Shown: one piece after another, positions 15,888 to 19,505 of the stretch
Numbering within the stretch: position 1 is the stretch's first letter
How the letters are laid out: every line of letters starts with the position of its first letter
Assembly (NCBI GenBank): GCA_045627225.1
Contig: JAZQNF010000110.1
Span: 1-19,505, forward strand
Reading direction: 5' to 3'
Length of the DNA: 19,505 nt
Source of the DNA: Bianqueaceae bacterium
Lineage (GTDB): Bacteria > Bacillota > Clostridia > Lachnospirales > Bianqueaceae
Notes under the pieces: model-generated
Told to the model about the DNA's origin: nothing
What the model saw: only the letters and a program-made list of their open reading frames with translations
Database searches by the model: none
Program-made: the position numbers and the translations under genes

Positions 15888-16011
15888 TTTAAAACACTGA
15901 CGGCGCGGAGGCTGCAGGGGGCAGGTCCGGAGGTCCTCATCATGGACGATCCGAGAGATTGCATGGATAAAACCGAACACCTTCGCGGACAGATTTGTTG
16001 CGAAAAATGGC

Positions 16012-16040
16012 TTGACTAAGGCATTTTTTGATAGTAAACT
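16012..16040 (+). promoter_or_regulatory. Candidate promoter for the TetR gene (TTGACT-N17-TAAACT)
   Basis: Consensus-like -35 and acceptable -10, about 47 nt upstream of the ATG at 16088. Confidence 0.5.
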
Positions 16041-16047
16041 GATACTC

Positions 16048-16065
16048 AGTAAGTACGTAAATACT
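16048..16065. promoter_or_regulatory. Candidate TetR operator: imperfect 18-bp palindrome AGTAAGTACGTAAATACT centred on TACGTA at the predicted TSS
   Basis: 14/18 symmetric positions; the location overlapping the TSS/5'-UTR of a TetR gene is typical of autoregulatory operators. Confidence 0.4.
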
Positions 16066-16087
16066 TTTACCCTTGGGAGGTTAATTC

Positions 16088-16696
16088 ATGGCACGTAATA
16101 CATCCAGAGAGATTTTCCTGGAGGCGGTCATTACGGAGGTTGCAGAGTGCGGTCTTGAGAATCTGCGCACAAAAAACATCGCGGTCCGTGCCGGTTATTC
16201 GGAGGCGATGATGTTTCGCTATTTCAGCTCCAAGGATGAAATGCTTCAGAAGGCCTTCCTGGTGGTCGACCATCGTGTCTCCTCAATCATTTCTTCGGGC
16301 GCCTATCTGAAGCGCCTGCGTGAGTCCGGCTCTGACGAGGCCTTTGCAGCCATCGCGCACGAAGCCTGGCAGGCGGTGTTTCACTATCTGCTGGAGCATC
16401 CCTCCGATACGCTGTATCTGCTGCGCTTCCGCTACTGCGCCCTCTACAACGAGGAGATCCGCAGCCAGCGTCAGGCATACTCCGGCGCCTTTGACGAGAT
16501 CTACAGCGTGCTGCAGACGCGTTTCGGGGCCCCTGTCAATACGAGCCGCGGCTTTGTTCTGAACTATTCCTTCGACCTTACGCTTTGCCTGGCTGAGAAA
16601 ATCGTTTCCGGCCGCATCAAGTTTACGCAGGAGGTGGAGGAGTGTCTGTGGGCCACCATCCGCGCGGCGGTCCTGACCATCACCCAGATGCACTGA
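16088..16696 (+). CDS. TetR/AcrR-family transcriptional regulator
   Basis: RBS GGGAGG before the ATG. N-terminal HTH ...SREIFLEAVITEVAECGLENLRTKNIAVRAGYSEAMMFRYFSSKDEML... is the TetR_N signature. ~200 aa. Confidence 0.9.
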   Translation: MARNTSREIFLEAVITEVAECGLENLRTKNIAVRAGYSEAMMFRYFSSKDEMLQKAFLVVDHRVSSIISSGAYLKRLRESGSDEAFAAIAHEAWQAVFHYLLEHPSDTLYLLRFRYCALYNEEIRSQRQAYSGAFDEIYSVLQTRFGAPVNTSRGFVLNYSFDLTLCLAEKIVSGRIKFTQEVEECLWATIRAAVLTITQMH

Positions 16697-16712
16697 GCCT
16701 TTTCAAGAATCC

Positions 16713-16741
16713 GGCACCCTGCCATCCGCAGGGTGCTTTTT
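16713..16741 (+). terminator. Intrinsic terminator after the TetR gene
   Basis: GCACCCTGC-catcc-GCAGGGTGC perfect 9-bp stem followed by TTTTT; the next promoter's -35 follows immediately. Confidence 0.85.
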
Positions 16742-16742
16742 C

Positions 16743-16771
16743 TTGACTTTCGGAGGAGCGCTCGATATAAT
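16743..16771 (+). promoter_or_regulatory. Consensus-like sigma-A promoter for the glycyl radical enzyme gene (TTGACT-N17-TATAAT)
   Basis: ttgactttcggaggagcgctcgaTATAAT, about 38 nt upstream of the ATG at 16810. Confidence 0.75.
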
Positions 16772-16809
16772 ATCCGGAGCAGGTACTATCAATCAATGAG
16801 AGGCAGTTT

Positions 16810-19110
16810 ATGGAAAAACAGTCTGTTTCTTTTATTCATGCCGGGCGTGAGCCCCGCCCTGTCCGGCTCAGTCCCGAGACCCGTTTTTTTGCCTGGGAGG
16901 CTCTTGACGGACGTTACGGCCGTGAGACCGCAGCCGTCAAAGCGCTGCCCATGGATGAGGTCCCGGGTTTTCGCACCCTGTCTGAATACGATCAGTACGA
17001 TCTTTGCATTGAACATATCGCGGCCGACTGCCGCATCCGGATCTGCGAGGGCGAGCGCCTGAGCGGTTCCTCCACGCTTGGCCTGGCCATTTTTCACCGG
17101 GTGCCCACCACGCTGGACGGTCAGCAGGTCTTTTACAGCACCAGTCATCTGACCGTAGACTTTCCGGCGGTGCTCCGGGAGGGCGTCGGCGCCATCGAGA
17201 AAAAGGTCGCCGAAAAGCTGGCAGCCTGCGCAGAGGACCCCGCCTACAAAGACCTTGAACCTGACAGCTGCAATTTCCGCGGCAGTGATATTACGGGTGC
17301 GCCCACAGCCGGCCCCATCACCGGTCTGGCGGATGTTCCGGAGCGCCGCCTGCGCTTCTGGCAGAGCTGCGACCGCGTGCTGAAGGCATTTCGCCTCTGG
17401 CACGGGCGCTATCTGAAGGCGTTGGAGGAAAAGGTTTCGGAGGGCGGCCCCTACGCGGCGGTCTATCAGAAGAACCTGGATAATCTTCGCCGCGTACCTT
17501 TTGAAACGCCGCGCAATTTCCATGAGGCCCTTCAGTCGCTCTGGTTTGTCTTTGCCTTCCTTCGTCTTTGCGGAAACTGGCCGGGCATCGGACGCATCGA
17601 CTGGATGCTTGGCCCCTATCTGAAAAAGGATCTGGCGGACGGTACGCTGACGCTCGACGAGGCTCGCGAGCTCATGGCCCACTTCTTTATCAAGGGCTGC
17701 GAATGGGTCGGCGGCGGGCATATCGCCAGCGGCGACGCCCAGCATTATCAGAATCTTGTTCTGGCCGGCGTCGATCCCGAGGGGAACGAGGTCACCAACG
17801 AGGTCACCTATCTGGTGCTGGACATCCTCGAGGAATTCGGCATCGCCGATTTTCCCACCACCATCCGTCTGAACGAGCAGACGCCCGAAAAGCTGCTTCG
17901 CCGCGCGGCCGAGGTCATGCGCTTCGGCAGCGGTGCCCTGGCCTTCTACGGAGAGCCGACCATTCTGAAGAGCCTGACCGACCATGGGTATCCTCTGGAG
18001 GAGGCCCGTCAATTCGCCAACGACGGCTGCTGGGAGATCCAGATCCCCGGCAGGACCTTCTTCCGCTACTCGGCCTTTGATGCCCTGCAGGTGCTCCAGA
18101 GACAGACGCTTCTCGGGTACCGTCTCGATGAGGAGGCCCGGCGCTATTATGCTCAGTTTGACAGCTTTGAAAAGTTGTTTGAAAAGGCCCTGCACGATCT
18201 GAACCACGGTCAGGTCGAGGATCTTTTCCTGGAGCGCAGCTGTTATTTCAGCCCCGAATATCCCCGCAAGGCCAATAAATTCACCCCCTGCACGACGGTT
18301 TCCCTTTTTGAAGAGGGCTGCGTCGAGAAGGGACTGAACTACTGGGAGGGCGGCCCCAAGTACAACCTGAACGCCCTTCATATCGGCGGTCTGACCGACG
18401 CCATCAATGCGCTGTATGCGATCAAGAAGCTCGTTTATGACGAGAAAAAGCTGAGTCTGAACGAGTTTATCGAGGTGCTTGCGCATAACTGGGAGGGCAG
18501 TGAGGTCCTTGAGGCCTATGTCCGCACGCAGTTCTCCTATTTCGGCAATGACAACGATGAGGTCGATGAGCTGGGTGCCCGTTATCTCGGCAGCTACGCC
18601 GAGGCCTGCGATGCCCTGGAGGGCCGTGTGGGCTACCGCTTCCCGGCCGGCATTTCGACCTTCGGCCGGCAGGTGGGCTACGCGCATCAGCGTTTGGCTT
18701 CCCCGCACGGCTACCGCATCGGCGCGGTGCTGGCGGCCAACAGCTCACCCACCCCCGGCACCGATACCGAAGGTGCAACGGCCATCATCCGCTCCTACTG
18801 CAAGCTCGGCATGGAGAAGATCGAGAACGGCGGCGCACTGGATATCCGCCTGCTTCCCTCTGCGGTGGAGGGAGAGGAGGGCCTCGGCGCCATCCTGGCC
18901 CTTCTGCGCGGCTTTGTCTTGCTGGGCGGAAGCTTCGTTCAGTTCGACGTGCTGGATGCGGAGACGCTGCGCCTTGCCCAGCAGCACCCGGAGGACTTCT
19001 GGACGCTGCAGGTCCGCGTTTCCGGCTGGAATGCCCGCTTTGTGACCCTGGATGAGGAGTGGCAGAACGGTGTCATCATCCAGGCAGAGAACGGCGTAAA
19101 AGGATTTTAA
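16810..19110 (+). CDS. Glycyl radical enzyme of the PFL2 (pyruvate formate-lyase-like) type, substrate unknown
   Basis: C-terminal glycine-radical domain ...QQHPEDFWTLQVRVSGWNARFVTLDEEWQNGVI... matches the HPExY...RVSGY...F..L..EQQ.DVI consensus. Candidate Cys loop FANDGCWEIQIPG fits the GCxE arrangement of PFL2 enzymes. 766 aa, short for the family, with an unusual N-terminus. Confidence 0.85.
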   Translation: MEKQSVSFIHAGREPRPVRLSPETRFFAWEALDGRYGRETAAVKALPMDEVPGFRTLSEYDQYDLCIEHIAADCRIRICEGERLSGSSTLGLAIFHRVPTTLDGQQVFYSTSHLTVDFPAVLREGVGAIEKKVAEKLAACAEDPAYKDLEPDSCNFRGSDITGAPTAGPITGLADVPERRLRFWQSCDRVLKAFRLWHGRYLKALEEKVSEGGPYAAVYQKNLDNLRRVPFETPRNFHEALQSLWFVFAFLRLCGNWPGIGRIDWMLGPYLKKDLADGTLTLDEARELMAHFFIKGCEWVGGGHIASGDAQHYQNLVLAGVDPEGNEVTNEVTYLVLDILEEFGIADFPTTIRLNEQTPEKLLRRAAEVMRFGSGALAFYGEPTILKSLTDHGYPLEEARQFANDGCWEIQIPGRTFFRYSAFDALQVLQRQTLLGYRLDEEARRYYAQFDSFEKLFEKALHDLNHGQVEDLFLERSCYFSPEYPRKANKFTPCTTVSLFEEGCVEKGLNYWEGGPKYNLNALHIGGLTDAINALYAIKKLVYDEKKLSLNEFIEVLAHNWEGSEVLEAYVRTQFSYFGNDNDEVDELGARYLGSYAEACDALEGRVGYRFPAGISTFGRQVGYAHQRLASPHGYRIGAVLAANSSPTPGTDTEGATAIIRSYCKLGMEKIENGGALDIRLLPSAVEGEEGLGAILALLRGFVLLGGSFVQFDVLDAETLRLAQQHPEDFWTLQVRVSGWNARFVTLDEEWQNGVIIQAENGVKGF

Positions 19111-19225
19111 AAAAAGTCCCTTTGACACGGAGAATGTGCCAAGTCTGAAGAAAGCCCATAAAATCAAGGCTTTTTGAAAAAAACACCTAATTTATTAACC
19201 AATATTTGAAGTCTGCTATTCGGAA

Positions 19226-19266
19226 AAGCGGATCCTGACAAGCATCGTCAGAATCCGCTTTTTTCG
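19226..19266 (+). terminator. Strong intrinsic terminator downstream of the glycyl radical enzyme gene
   Basis: AAGCGGATCCTGAC-aagcatc-GTCAGAATCCGCTT (13/14 bp) followed by TTTTTT. Confidence 0.8.
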
Positions 19267-19505
19267 TTCGTGAGTATTTCGACTACGGCAAAAAGATTCC
19301 AAAAAGCGAAAGACCGGTCAATGGCTGGGAAGTAATTACGCTTATAATCCCTGCCGCTGTAATGCCCCCATAGCGTTTCGGGAAATATGAACTCACGAGC
19401 ATAGCTTAGCAACGATTTTTGTCTCGAACGGCAGGCAAAACATCGTATCTTCTGTCATAAAAATGATAAGCCGCGAAGCCTTATGAAATTTTTCATTTGA
19501 ACCAT

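Noticed and set aside
16789-18708. 639-aa minus-strand ORF antisense to the glycyl radical enzyme gene
   Set aside because: The GRE frame has the diagnostic glycine-radical motif; the antisense ORF has none and no translational signals.

Overview
High-GC (~60%) Firmicutes/Clostridia-like chromosomal segment, mostly ordinary core genome, with 15 supportable protein genes, no rRNA/tRNA/CRISPR and no obvious mobile element. Left to right: the 3' end of a surface-protein gene with a C-terminal anchor; a divergent AraC-family regulator; a two-gene module on one strand encoding an SPFH/band-7 protein and a zinc-ribbon protein that each end in three tandem ~27-aa zinc-ribbon repeats (architecture resembles the B. 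subtilis Psp-associated YdjI/YdjG pair, with no PspA in the window); a low-GC small two-TM protein plus a ~10-TM membrane protein with a long K/E/A-rich tail; the c-di-AMP locus cdaA-cdaR with a 14-bp gene overlap; a large helicase in which an N-terminal RecB-like PD-(D/E)xK nuclease domain is fused to an XPD/DinG-type Fe-S helicase; an MBL-fold hydrolase; a COG2509-type FAD-dependent protein; convergent rqcH (FbpA/NFACT); a small acidic ORF; a TetR regulator; and a divergent, short (766 aa) glycyl radical enzyme of the PFL2 type with a GCWE Cys loop and an RVSGW glycyl motif, whose activase is not in the window. Several near-consensus sigma-A promoters and intrinsic terminators are readable directly from the sequence. 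The many long antisense ORFs in the six-frame track are high-GC artefacts. The items most worth a second look are the double triple-zinc-ribbon SPFH/YdjG-like pair, the nuclease-helicase fusion with its two downstream genes, and the orphan divergent glycyl radical enzyme.
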